A program made the position numbers and the translations under genes. The notes under the pieces are model-generated. The model was not told the origin of the DNA and searched no databases. It saw only the letters and a program-made list of their open reading frames with translations. A DNA stretch of 64,000 nt, from the NCBI GenBank assembly GCA_905178155.1, contig CAJINV010000005.1:3651253-3715252 (forward strand), read 5' to 3'. This DNA is from Amoebophrya sp. A120 (taxonomy: Eukaryota > Protista > Dinoflagellata). Shown one piece after another: positions 23,831 to 36,699 of this stretch. The first letter of the stretch is position 1; each line of letters begins with the position of its first letter.

Positions 23831-25099
23831 GAATAAACAAGTACTAGATGTAAAATTATAACTTTATTTTGTAGTGCAACGAACTGCTTGTTCTTCTGCT
23901 TACTCACTTACATCATTGTATTCAATTGAGGGCTTCATCCGGCGATGGCGCAGATTTTCTGTTGGATAGCTCGTAGGCAGTTACGCGAATCACCAAGATC
24001 CCCGATGGGTTTATAGTGAGGAAAAACACGGACACGAACAGGCATCCCTCTTCACTGAGTCACATGCATGACAAGACGTTTGGCGTTGGGACCTTCATCT
24101 CCTTCCCCACGAAAAATGATCTACAAGCATCAACTAGGCACCGGAAATTTTCACGCTGCTCGGAGTTGGAGTCTGCGCGACTGCTTGCACTGCTTCTATT
24201 TTTTACCAAAGGGCAATAATCTTGTTTGCGAAACAAGTCGTCGCGTGCAGGCAGTTGTTCGAGTGAAGTACTGGATGCAAGGGCGCTAGAAGTTTCTTCT
24301 TCACATAGTGGCGATTCTGGTACAGTACGGCTTCAGCTCCTCTGTAGGCTGCGGCTCCTCCACGAAACCAAGCTGTGGCGTTTTTTGAGAATTGAATTTG
24401 AAATCAAAATCGAAATATTAGATTATAGTTCCGCTCTGCAAGAACATTGTCGGTTTCTTTTCGTTACCACCGTGTCTGGTCTACTTCCGCTTCGTTCTAG
24501 TTCCGTGCCAGTTCTACTGCCTTTGCGGCGCCGTGTTCTTGGTACTCAAGAACATGGTGGAACAAACATTACTACACTGTAAATGCTCCTGCTATTGCTT
24601 CTCTATAAGTTGTAGCTTCCAAGTCTTTGAATGTCCTATTCTATCTGGATATTGTTCCATTGAACTACGTCATCTCATCTCGAAGAAGCACTAGAAACCT
24701 TCCTGGGATCCCCTGGCATCGTTGACTGGGTAAACTCCAACTTAGTTCTTCTATGCAATGCAAAAGCTACAGATACAGTGTTGTTCTCGCCTTCCCTTTT
24801 CGTGCCTTTGTCGCGCCGTATTCTGTGTCGTTGTATTGTGCACTGCAGTAATTGCCAATAATGCCAGACAGCGACGTCATCTGCGCCGAGTTGGCGCTAC
24901 AACTTGTTCCTGTCATCCTCTAACAGCAACATTGTGTTTTCGACGTTTGTTGCAAATTTCTTTCACCTCGTTCTTCATACTCCCGGTTCGTTGAGCTGTA
25001 ATTCAAAAATGCACCGAGCTAGCTACGACAGCTTGATGGGCATCAAGCCTCGTACGAGGGGTAGGTAGGAAACAAAGAGGAGCAGCACTGTATATAAAT

Positions 25100-28000
25100 C
25101 GAAATATTTCCAGTTGGATACTTCGCCTTGAGGAACCCGGGGTTCGGATACCGCTCTACCGGGTGTATCAGCGGCCCGGCGATGCCGAACGGCGTGCCGC
25201 CGGCGGGCATCTTCGCGCCCTTCGCGACGGCCTTCTTCTGTGCGTAGTCCATCTTGTAACTCCCGCCACCATACATGCTGTAGGGGTCGCCAAACGCCGT
25301 GTTGCCCGGCGTGGGGGTGTTAAACTTGTTGAACGAAGAACCCGAAGACGCCCCACTCGATATGTTGTGACTACTCCCCGTGGCGCCGCCCGTCATACCG
25401 GGGTAGTACTGCCCGCCCCGGTGTTGGTTGTGGAACATGGCCTCGGCGGAGGAAACCTCGGACGGCGTATTGGGCATGTGCTGGCCGCCGGGCTTCATCC
25501 TTATGCAATACAAATTTACTCCTGTACACATACTACACGACCACGCGCCGACGTACAGAGAACTACATCATGACGATTGATTTTGCGAAGAACTTGTGGT
25601 TTACAGTGCTGTCTGCAAGAACGCTTGCACTTGTCATGCTTTACTTGGGTAAGGCCCGCAGCTTCTGTGAAACTTTTAATCGCGCAGCACATTCCTTGTT
25701 TTAAGCCTTCGAATGCCTAATCTAGGAAATCGCGTTCATTAGGTTTAAGCATTAAAATGCCTAAACTAAGAAGTCGCAATTTAAGCACTCGAATGCTTAA
25801 ACTCACGGAAACGCGGATTGCAATTTGCTCTAGCAAATTTTCGTTGCGTTCCTTCCGAGTGTTATCCAGAGCACACACCCAAGCGGCCCATTGGACCGCG
25901 CCTATTGGGGCTGGGTCAAGCAGGCCGTGCCTAGCTTCCGTAGCGGGGAACGGCCCACTCCACCACCACCTGGCCCCCAGGGCAAGACCCCCCAGAACCC
26001 CACCACCGGTGGTTGAATGGGGGGAACCGCGCCAGCCCCAGCCCCACTTGCCCCCACGGGGAAGACAGAAACAAGCGAAGCGGTATGCGTAGCAGGACGC
26101 GCCCCGCTGACGCCAAAACTTGATATCAACAGCGGCCACAGCAGTCCCCGTCGCGGGCTGTGATTCCCGACACGTCGTTTGGAGAAGCAGCACTGCCTAC
26201 AAACGGGCGGCAGGAGCGAGAAAAGCCGACCAGGAAAAGTGTGAGCGCGCGAGGAAGCGAAAACGTATACACGGAAGTAGACCCTTACGCTTCAGCACCA
26301 AATCCGCAGTAGACAAGAAAAGTGCGCCAGTGAAAACCCCTGTTCGACCCCGGAGGCACAAGCACCCCCATAGCAAGTTCCGGCACGACCATCCGGGTCA
26401 AAAATCACCAAGCGCCACCTATCACCAGAGAAAGTCAAAACCAAAGGTCGCAGTGACAGCGTTGTGGCCCCAAAGAGCATCCCCCCGAACAAGCCCGAAA
26501 CCCGGAAACGTCGTCCCCTACTAGCCCCCTTTGAGAGAAAAAGCAAAAGAAAAAGCAGTCCGCTGGGTAGCAAGACTTAGTCCAGTGTGGCGGCAAAGCG
26601 TCACCATCCCCCGGCCCTGAGTATAGATGCGGCCCTACGCACCAGTCCCCTCCCGGGACCTCCTATTTCCACATCTAGGAAAGCATGTCCCGCAAACACA
26701 GCGGCAATTGGCGGCGAGGTGTCGGCGGCAGCACCCTGCCGATAGGGATTGTCTTATCCACCACAGCCTGAGACAACAGCAACAGAGGACTACGAGGTAG
26801 TCGGCCGCCCCCACCTGAAGCAGAACCTGGCTCCCCCCAGGAGCTTGTGGTTTAAAGTTTGATTTTACGAAGAACTTGTGGTTTAAAAAAGTGCTGTATG
26901 CAAGAACACTTGCACTTGTCATCAAAATAGGATTTTTGAAAGCCAGTTTTAAGATGCAGAAACCGCATCTGCACGTCGTGTAGCTAGTCGTCCGGAAATA
27001 AACTTACTGTGGATAATCTTGTATCGTTGCGCACTGTACTCCGAGCCGGGCGTCCCGTCGGAGTCCGCGCCGCCGCTGGACAGAAAACTCCCCGGGGGCA
27101 TGTTGCCGCCACCTTTTGTATTAACATTCAAGGCGTGTGCTAATAAATCTAAACTCATTACAAAAATCTCACATGATCTGAATCAGATTTTCTTTGCATC
27201 GTTGTCACTGTCGTGCACAATCGGCATCTTCAGTCACGTCTTGGTGAGAGAGGTGGCCGTGGCGGTGGCCGGATGTGAGGGCACCCTCACATCTTTCCTG
27301 TAGTTGAAGAACGACCAGCAATCGTATAAACGAGCTAAAGTATTCAAAACTACACCATTATGATACCGAGTAAGTTCCCGCGGTAAGATCCGTCCGAAGC
27401 TCCATCCGAAGCGTTGCCATCCCCTCCCATGTTTATTCTCTTCGCACTCCCCGACCCCGACGAGGGTGTGCCACCTTGGTCGGAATAGATCCGACCCCGT
27501 TTATTACTTCTCTTGTTCTTATACTTCGCCTGTGGCTCGTCCTCGTCCTCCGAATTAAATCCCTTCGCCCTATTAAACAAGTAAAGAAAGATAAGCGACA
27601 TAATTTGTTCTCTAGTAGAAAGTCATGTAGTATAATTTGGTCATGTGGACAAGGAACTACTCCTGACATCACACCCGACTCGATAATTTCGATGCTTCGT
27701 CTATACGTCTGCGTATGTGCAATATGAAAACAAAATAAAAATCTAGTACATTTTGTCGGGTAAGTCGACGGACTTTGGCTTTTTCTCGGTGTATGGGTCG
27801 TCCGCACCGTCCCATTTTTGCCGGTTGTGATGCCCTTTTACCTGTTTCTATCCTCTGCAAAAACATCTGTATCGTCACAGCGACCCTCGTTGTACGCCTT
27901 GCAATAGTGATATATGTTGCTGAAGACAGAGGTAAGACCGTTTTTGTCCAAAAGATCTCCATGCGGTCTCGTTCTATTTGTACATATTCCGTGTCTGTGG

Positions 28001-30468
28001 ACAGTGACACTTTTATATTTTGTGTCTACTTGCGAATGCAAATTGATGGACGAGCATACAACCATCGTACTTGTTTACTACGAGAGCGATACTGATTCTC
28101 ATGATTTTGCAATGCATAGTCTCCTCAGGTCGTCGGCGCTGGAGTAGTTCGCGCCGCTCTGGGTCGGGTCCGTCACGACTATAGAAGCGTCAGGTTGCAG
28201 AATTAACAAAATCAAAATGGCAAAAGCTGTTGACGCATGAAACGCCAGACACAGCAAGGAACTGCCTGTCATGCGTTTAGGGTTTAATCTTCATCTTATA
28301 TTAGAGCTGCATCTGAAACCTGGCACTCCCATAACAATCGCCGGGAGCATTCCAGCCTGCTATGCAAGACAAATTTTCCGATTCCGCTCACGTACCACTA
28401 AAAATGCGATGTCAAATTATAATTGTAATCCTCGACCACGACAGCAGCACCAACCTACAACATACATGCCGCTTTTGATGCTGAATAGGAGTGGACTTGA
28501 ACAACCGGTGAAGCAGATTTTTCTTTTCGATGGATTCGGTCATGGTCTAGGTCTTGGTGGAGAATAGACACAAACAAGACAGAATCTGTACGTGTAGGGA
28601 TCGAAAGACTCTAGTGCTTCTGTGGATACCTGCGCTTCTTTTTCGATCAACTCCGGGCGCTTTTTTAGATTCGGGTCGTTATGCATTGCAAATATGTCTG
28701 GGTCCTCTGGGAGAGGCTGAGTCTGTGATGCTCCATCACGAGGTTGAAGACGACACGAAAATCTGTACTTTTGCAGGAGTGGCAATAAAAGCTACCCACT
28801 TTGTGTCACCTGAAGACGAAGTTCTTTCTCATGCAGAATTATAGGCATCGAGGAGGAGGAGGCTTCACAATTATAGGGCTCCTGGTGCATTTTCACAAAC
28901 GAGGGCTGGTGCATTTTCACAAACGAACAACCTGACACTTTTCTAGTAGACGACCCAGACGTATAAGTTGCACTGCATAGTCGCCCCCGCCGAGCAATCC
29001 TTCAGTCTTATCCATGTCCTTCGCCTTCAGCTGCTATGACAGTGCACAACTTCCCCTCTATCGCATGGACAGCAATACAAAACCCCGCATGACCATAAGT
29101 TCACGCGCACGCGCTTAAAAATACAGCTACATACTGTTTGGGCTTCAAACAGTATGACCCAGCAGCGCTTGCGCTTGGTCTTGGATTTGGAATCTTGCAT
29201 GACAAATGAGGAAGAGGGGAACGACGACGAGTTGTGCACTCTCATAGCAGCGCGTCTTCATTCCGAAGCGTCTGCCCCCGCCGCCAGTCCGGGTCCGCGT
29301 CTTGTACGGTCCCGATCTGCCTCACCTTGTATCAAAACCAAAAGGAAAAAATCCCCCCTCCCCATATCCAAACGAAATTTCTGATGCTGGATTTGGATAC
29401 ACAAATCAGATTTGTGTTGCAGAAAGGCATTGCGGCCAGATCCCCAGGCTAGGTGGGGGTGTATGGGTCTAGTTGCTCAGCATGGCAAACGGCCCCCCTT
29501 CAGGCCCAACGGCATGACAAATCGCCTCCAAAAATATAGAGGAAGCTGCTGCCCTTGTCTTCTTGCAAGACAAATGTGATTTGTATCCTCAAATCAGCAT
29601 TGTATTGAATACAAATTTCCGGAGACATATCTTTTCAATATGGGGAGGGGGGATTTTGCCTATCAATACCTGGTCGGGACTCATCACGCTCACATTCAGC
29701 GGTGGCGACCCGGGCCCACCGTACATTGGGTCAAACAGTGCACGCTGGGGCTGGTTCGAGGGAGCCCCTTGCCGGATATTGATCCGATCCGCGGACGAAA
29801 ACCCGGGATTGCCGTGAAGTCGCGGCTGCCCCTCCGCGGGGGTGACTTCGTCGATGCGCATAAGGTATGCATTGCAAAAAATACTTATATCGCATCTTCA
29901 GTAGGATAAATGGCATGACATCAATTTCATTCGTGCAGTAGATGAATGATGAACATCTAAACTATAAAATCATGCACAATTAGTACTACACTCAGCTGCG
30001 GTAGCAGAAGATTTTGATTTTTTTTCTGGGATGATAGATGCTGCAGCAAAGATATTAGATGCACAAATTTATGGAAGTAGTGCGATACCCTAATTTTGCA
30101 TCCATCGTGCATATCATGTTCATGCGGTGCTGGCCGCCTGGCGTGAGCGTGTCGGGGAACACTTGCGGCACCGGATTACCCTGCGCATCGGTGGTCCAAT
30201 CCCGTGGACGGAATTGCGGGTTCGCGTTGGGGACGTAGGTTGCATCGGCCGGCGGATTGATGGACAATCGCGCGGGAAGTGGGGGGGACGAGGACTTCGG
30301 TTGCGGGGGCCGGGGCGGGGGGTCCGGGCTAAATCCGGGATACCCCATCCACTGGCCATTCTCGTCTCGCTCGGGGTACAGGTTGTTTGTTGTCCCGGGG
30401 GAGCTTGCGTTGCCGCCGGGACCACGCTGGTTGTTATTACCACCGGTGGAAGAAGAGGAAGGCTGCAT
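25100..30468 (-). CDS. Gly/Pro/Ser-rich protein of unknown function, more than 10 exons (3' end not resolved)
   Basis: Continuous frame after removing elements at 29866-30113, 29330-29668, 29035-29246, 28680-28979, 28361-28628, 28180-28333 and 27849-28118; the junction across 25502-27015 is also in frame. Exons at 27100-27750 were only partly resolved. Confidence 0.75.
25502..27015. mobile_element. Introner with a nested 1.2-kb insertion
   Basis: TAT...ATA ends, flanks atcct/atctt. Removal gives QRYKMKPGG. Confidence 0.7.
25638..26858. mobile_element. GC-rich insertion between imperfect ~61-bp direct repeats
   Basis: 25577-25637 resembles 26859-26922, with a few substitutions and a 3-bp indel. 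Confidence 0.7.
27849..29246. mobile_element. Cluster of five introners separated by micro-exons
   Basis: Elements 27849-28118 (gtttc/gtctc), 28180-28333 (acgac/acaat), 28361-28628 (cctgc exact), 28680-28979 (gtcgt/gtcgc), 29035-29246 (gctgc/gcagc). All have TAT...ATA ends. Confidence 0.8.
29330..29668. mobile_element. Introner family 3
   Basis: TIR aaaatcccccctccccatat, flanks ccttg/cctgg. Orientation is opposite to the copies at 43295 and 53957. Confidence 0.9.
29866..30113. mobile_element. Decayed introner
   Basis: tatgca...tgcata ends, flanks taagg/tcatg. Removal keeps the frame (NMMRIDE). Confidence 0.65.
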
Positions 30469-30917
30469 TTTTGTGCTTTATTTGGTCCTTCGTGTTACCT
30501 CACTTCGTTACAGCTCATAGCTCATCTCCACTAAAACTAATGGACAAAAATGCTCCTTGTCCAGATCTTCAATTTTATTCGACTGCAGTGAAAAAAACTC
30601 TTCTTCCTGTTTTTCCGCCCTTTTGTCTTGGTTTAAAAAGAGCATAATTCTTTTAGCAATGCAGAGGACGAGGCGCAACAGTTTATCAATGCGGCGGATG
30701 TTGAAGGGGGGAGCAGATTGGAGAACATAAGTGGTACTACTTGCAAGAGACGACGACTTTCCTCAGAAAATCGATATATCGACTTGATGTCCTGCATGAC
30801 GCCAGCAGGCTGCGTCGTCTACTCATTGTCTCAGAACACCAAATAATTGGATAGAGATACTGAGCTCTCAAAATCGGGCGTGAAATACAAAATGTTCCTA
30901 GAACTACCAAATATAGC

Positions 30918-31633
30918 CGCCGGGGCGGAGGTAGTGAGGTCGTGGGCGTTTTCTTGCCGGCCGTCGCTTTGGCCGCGGCTGTGCTTTTCCTGGGTTCGCC
31001 ATACCGTCGTGAGTAACGTTAGGCCGCACGGTATGGCGGCCGCTTTATAAACGTCGCAAATTTTGGCAAATTCCCGATATTCCTTTCCGAAAGCCAGCCC
31101 CCATGCTATGGGGCCGATCCGGGTGCCACAGGGGGCGCCCAAAAAGCGAAGGGAAGTCGGGCCCTCAGCATGCGGGTTGGCTTTGCGCGTCTGGCGCGCT
31201 TTTGCTTTTTTGCGTTTTTACTTTTCGCGCCGGCGCTTTTTGCAAAGCTTCCCAGGCTCTGAAACCGGCGAAAATTCGGCCGCTTTCGCGGCCGCCCAAA
31301 ATGCTCCGAAATCGCGGCCGTGCCGTGCTGTTTCGCTGTTCTGATTTTGGGCGCGTTTTTTTCGCGCCCCTTTTTGGGCGCCCCAAACCGCCAGAAACTA
31401 AGGCGGTGGGCGCCTCAGAAGGGCGTCCCCTTTGCTGGCTTGTCTGCGTCGTTTTACCCAGCGGCGATCGATAGAATCCGCTGGCGATTCGGTGCCGACA
31501 CAGCCAAAGCTGCTTGATAATTGAAAATTTTTTATGTCCAAAAACGCTTCCCGCCGCTTAAAAACTGCCGGTCGTTTTTCAGGGTATATGGCAAAAAAAC
31601 TCCCCGGTTAGAACCGTTCGGTGACCTCACTAC
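30918..31633 (+). mobile_element. GC-rich interspersed repeat related to the 3' part of the element at 47897-49297
   Basis: 31316-31629 is a close reverse-complement match to about 47932-48246. The left end ccgccggggc...gtgggcgttttcttgccggcc also occurs at 47895. Confidence 0.8.
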
Positions 31634-32427
31634 ATACAATGCGTAGTCCAGTAAGTCCGCTGTAGGCAATCATGAAGCAGAATTAGTGGAGTGCTTACTT
31701 AATTCACTACAAGAATTTTTGACACACACTACCGGTATTCTTTCTAGGAGGCAACGAGCAACTCACAGGCTCGAGGCTGATTCACCACTCCGAGTAGAAG
31801 ATCCACTCAATTTTCATCTTCAACATCATCTCAGCAAGACTTATGAAGATTTACTCTTTAAGTGTAACGTGACAACAGTCACCTCTCTCTCTCCTCTACG
31901 ACGAGACCACGAATAAGTGCTTTCTTTAGATCACCAATGCGAGTCGATCGATGAGCCCGGGACGAGGGATGAACGGCATCGATTTCATCAGACTAGCAGG
32001 GAGCCGAACAACATAGCGCGCGCTTCAAAATGCTCAAGCGTCCGCCCTCCGCACGACAAATCCTACGTTTGTTCACGGAAAATACATATACAACACAACT
32101 TCGCTGGCGTAAAACTTAGGTACACGGTCAGAAAATAATCTACTCCGGGGGCGGGGGGGAGTTGGTGAGAAGTCTTAACTTTGAGACTATGATCATCTTC
32201 GACTCCTTTGCTTGCGACACTGCGGGGTAATACTTAAGTGGTGTTCTCGTCTTGGGGAAGACACAAAGAACACGAATGAATTGAGGGTCGGGATGGTATT
32301 ACTTCGTAAGTAGGAAAGCGCGGCGCTCCGAAGTACTTGTGAGGTGGTCGTGAAAAGGGTGGACACAGGCGCCGCTGCGGATGCGTTGTCCTCAACATGA
32401 TCTGCAGCTCGTAGTACATCTGAGCGG

Positions 32428-33904
32428 TTACTTATTATCCTTGCCACCTCCACCCCCGGCGCCACCTGGTGGCACTCCCGTTGCCGATACTTTTGCGATG
32501 TCTCGATAGGTCTGCTTTCCCCAGGAAAAGGGCACGTATCTGAAAATTTTGCATTTCAACGTGACAAGAACATATAGGTATAGCTGCATCTGTACAAAAA
32601 TAAACTACTACATCAAAAAGTAGAGACTCATGCAAGTACGACTAGTTCAAGCTCCACTTCGACTTCCGGCGGCATAAAGTAGACTACAGGAGTGCACGCG
32701 GAAATAACTAGTAGACAAACAGTACTTGTATTTGATCATGTGCGCCACTCGGTCCTTCATGGTGATGAACACCAGGAGGATGAAGTACATGAGTAGTATC
32801 GGCCAGAACACGGGGAGGTCGAAGACGCTGAAGAAGGTCATGAAGATCGAGATCCACACCATCCTCGTCCCGGCGACCCAGATATCAACCGCAAATATGT
32901 CTGGGTCTGGAAGAGTGCCAGACTTGTCATGCAGGTTTTCCATGACCCATGGGGTCTGGTATGTAGGACATAGCATGACAGAATCTGTGATAGTTGTATG
33001 ATGCCTATTCTGCATGAGAAACTGCATCTCGATTAGGTCACAAGTGGACAGCTTTTGGTAATAAATCATGCAACACAGATTTTTACATGATTCAGATTTA
33101 GCATGACAACTTCGGACCTTCCAGACCCAGACATATTTGCAATGCATACCAGAATTTGAATTCGGGCAGTTTTCTGCTAAAGGGGCGGAACTCGCCGTCC
33201 GACCGCTCTTCCGTTACGGAGGACGCACCGGTGGGGAGGATGGGCCCATCGTCGTCCATTTCGTCGGGGTCGAACTGAGAGCAGTTGCAATGGTTTGCGT
33301 TTGTGTATCAAAAAAGAGGAGAGACACTGACACAACTTTTGCTTTTACGCATGACTTAGTTGAAAATTCCAAATTAGCTACTACAAAGCGCAATCGTTCC
33401 GTATCACGATGGCACATCAAAAGAGAGATTATAGTGAAACAATAAAAACCAAATACTGCTGGTGAGAGGAAGCCGATGAAGAGATTGAGAAGGTAGATCC
33501 CGAGCATGTAGGTCACGATGTAGAAACCGTGAAGGAAGTACACCCGTATGCAGTACCTGTTGAATTAGAATTTGATTCACTTTTACTATGTGCTCACGGT
33601 GGTCCTGGTCCCGTTGATGCATGCATGAACTGCAACTTGAACAACAGTAGTAGGGGAAGATGAATTTTTTTACTATGAATATATCATCACTCTTCAAACA
33701 AAAACGAAACCGAAAGCACCAAAAAAAAACTACATTAACCAGTTTTATATACAGTAGGAGTGAAATGGCGAAGAAAGCCCATCTCTGCGTGGGAAAAATG
33801 ACTGTTCTGTCGAGCTGCGTCTGTGCTATTCTCTTGTATTTCAGCCACGCCTTCTGTGCCGGTGGTGTGCTCGTGGCACCCTCGCCTGGCCGGGGTAGCT
33901 CCAT
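32428..33904 (-). CDS. RER1: Golgi-to-ER retrieval receptor Rer1, 5 exons
   Basis: [66 protein letters not shown]. Confidence 0.96.
32883..33148. mobile_element. Introner family 1a in RER1
   Basis: Family-1 TIR, exact duplication CCAGA. Removal gives EFKFWVAGTR. Confidence 0.95.
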
Positions 33905-36699
33905 GGTGTGTTGTCGCGATGGGGATGTTCTTGGCTGGAGTTCTTGTGTATCTTTACAACTCCAAAAAGCCTGTCGCTGTGGAACTGGAAGTCCACGGAA
34001 CTGTTGGACTCGGGAGATTGATAGTATCGGCTCCAAAATACTTATTGACCGGAAGACTTCTGTCTACCTCCGGTCCTGCGACGCGAATGCGAAGGGTTTT
34101 CTCACCGCGTGTTGTCCTCCGCTGCGGCTTCCGTCGCCCACGGCAAGTCTTATTTTTCCTTGTTCTGTTCTAGTACTTACTCCGTGGCGAACGTAAGCTG
34201 CACCTGTTCAATCTTCTACCAGACCGGCGCGAGTATCGAGCGCAGCAAATCGATTCTGGTGCCTGGTTCAATCCTGGAAGACCACAGCCCGAACTAACAG
34301 TTCTTGTGCCGTCTTCAATAATAGGTCCTCGCAGGAGACTGCCCTTGCTACTGATAGTTCTTCAGCCGTTGTCCTAGCAACCAGCTCGCTTCTTTCTCTA
34401 CCCGTCTTCGCGTCGTAGTTCCTTGTTGGTATGATTCCTCCAGCGCTGCTGGTACAGGTTCTACTCCTGTGCTGCCACTTCTTTCTCTCTACGAAGATGA
34501 GGAAGGATACCGCCTGCTCATCAAGAAGCGCGTGAATAAAAATGGACGTGATCGGGTGTTCTCGTCGTACCTCGCCACTTATTTTGATGACAGGACCCGT
34601 AAAATGTGGAGTGCTTGTGCTGGTGCTATTCTGCTTTGTCTATTCTCGTGCCTGTGTCGCGCTGGTGAACATTTGACTTTGTTCCGCCCCGATCTTGACC
34701 AGTTCGTGGCAGGAGCGGCCCGACGAAGATGAAGCGCTGGCGATTTAGGTCGTGGTCCTCTTTAGCGTCGCCAACCCGAGCAAACGAGCGAGCGACTGGT
34801 CGTGTTGGCAGCCAACATATTACTAGTCTGAAATGTAGAACAAATTTCGTCCAACCAGAAGTCTTTTTCGTTGGTTGCTTAGTTAACTCAATTATCGTCT
34901 GGAATGGGTTGTACTAAATGTCATTCTAGGAATCAACAAAACAAACTCACTTTCGCAAAAATGCTAATTTCGTGTGGTCCATCGAAGCAGGAACGGCACG
35001 CTCGTTATTATACTAGCAAAAATTGTTGTCGGATCGCGATCGTCGGTCGCTGTTCTTGAGAAAAGCTGAGATTTTTACGGCTTCACTCTGCTTTTTTATT
35101 GCGGGATCAATCGCGAGCGCGACGTTGTAGTCATGCTCAACTGCTCAACATTAGATCGAGGAAAAATCATTCACGTTCTTGTGCCTGTCTCGATCTAACG
35201 GTTCCTTTGCGCATGTGTTGCCTTCTCAATATTATCAGTGATCTTTTATGTTTTTCTGTTTTCGATTCCTCGAAAAATTCGATTCTCACACCGAAGACAG
35301 AACAGCTCAGTATCTGCAAGTACTATAATATTGAAAAAAGGGACATATTCGTCCTCTCGTTGGCTATTTTTTTCCTTTTTTTGACTTTTCAATCTTGTAA
35401 AAATGAAGCAGTTTTCAAGTCCAGAAGATTCGTTTTTGTCGGTATAGACAAAGCTAAGCTGCGCCCACCTTGCAGCTGGTAAAACATCGAGAAGAATGGA
35501 ACCATCAGGGGCACCACTAGAAAGTGGCTTCTGAGGTTTATTTTCCTAGCCGTAGTAGGCGGAAGCATCAACAAAACGCGGCTCTAGCTGAACAAAACTT
35601 TCTTGGGCGGGGGAGGGGGTACTAATGCGAAAGTTTGCTTTAAAGATGAAGCTCGATCTGTGAAAGTACTAGAAGATCCTGTAGTCCTCGGTGGCCTTAG
35701 TTACCTTTTCGATTGCTGGAAGTGCAAACCCAGTTTAGTTTGGTATTCAAATTATCGCAGAGGCACTTTGAAGTTTTCTGTGGCTGCTACTCGAACCGCA
35801 TGGTATGGATGCTGCAAACGGTTGCTCATCTGCCAAATTGTGGTCAATGCCAAGCATACAAATCAGTGGCCTAGAAGGAAGCAACTGCAGGTTGGTATAC
35901 ATTCAAAGTCGATTCTGGTTCGTGGTCTGGTCGCAATCACCACCACTCCGTCGTTGTTATGATGTTGTATCTCCCTGCTCATCTTGCAGAAAATGTACTA
36001 ATGTTGTTCTATCAGGTGATCCTACACCGCAGCTGCCATCAAGTAGCTATATCCAACTTTCATCGGGCCATGGCATGGCCGTCATCTTGTTGCACTATAT
36101 ATAACCTTAAGCAGTACATCTCCATATCGAGGCTGTACTGCTTTTGCCCACGCTCGATACCACTCGAAGTAGCAATCTGCGAGGAGCAAGCCCGCGTATT
36201 TTTATTCTGAAAGGGAGTGGCCGATAGAGCGGGTGAGAGCGTCCAGAAAAAAATCACCCCCCAGCACCAGCTTGCTGCCAACTTAAACCACTCCAAGACA
36301 GTCAAGAGGATCTCCCCTTGATATTTAGCTCTTCTGTCAGGTGAAATGGTCACCGTACTTGTAAGTCGCATGCTGTTTGTTCCAAAAAAGCGATCGCTTC
36401 TTCGAACTTAGCTGTCGTCGGTATACAGTGTAAAGTCCTAGTATCCTATTCGTAAATCTACACCTAGAAAAGAAAGTCTCATGATGTTGACTACATTGGT
36501 TGCTGCTTCTCATATTCTATTTCATGTGTTCAAAAGTAGTACTTAAATCAAAAAGTTGAACAAGGTAAAAAGTCAATATTCTCGTTTGTTGATAATTATT
36601 CTCAGATAAAAGGTAAACCTGAATCAATTATCAACAACTTGTCGAACCTTACTCTCACTGGAGCAGCTTCGTGTCTTCCACTCGACCTCAACGTTGTTC

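Noticed and set aside
28883-28927. Short tandem duplication ctggtgcattttcacaaacga (and a similar one at 3183-3230)
   Set aside because: Ordinary local slippage with no further structure.
30931-31633. CACTA transposon
   Set aside because: TAGTG is at the left end and CACTA at the right, the reverse of CACTA polarity, and there is no 3-bp duplication.
34200-36400. Short ORFs between RER1 and the CCCH gene
   Set aside because: I could not build a consistent gene model or recognise any homology.
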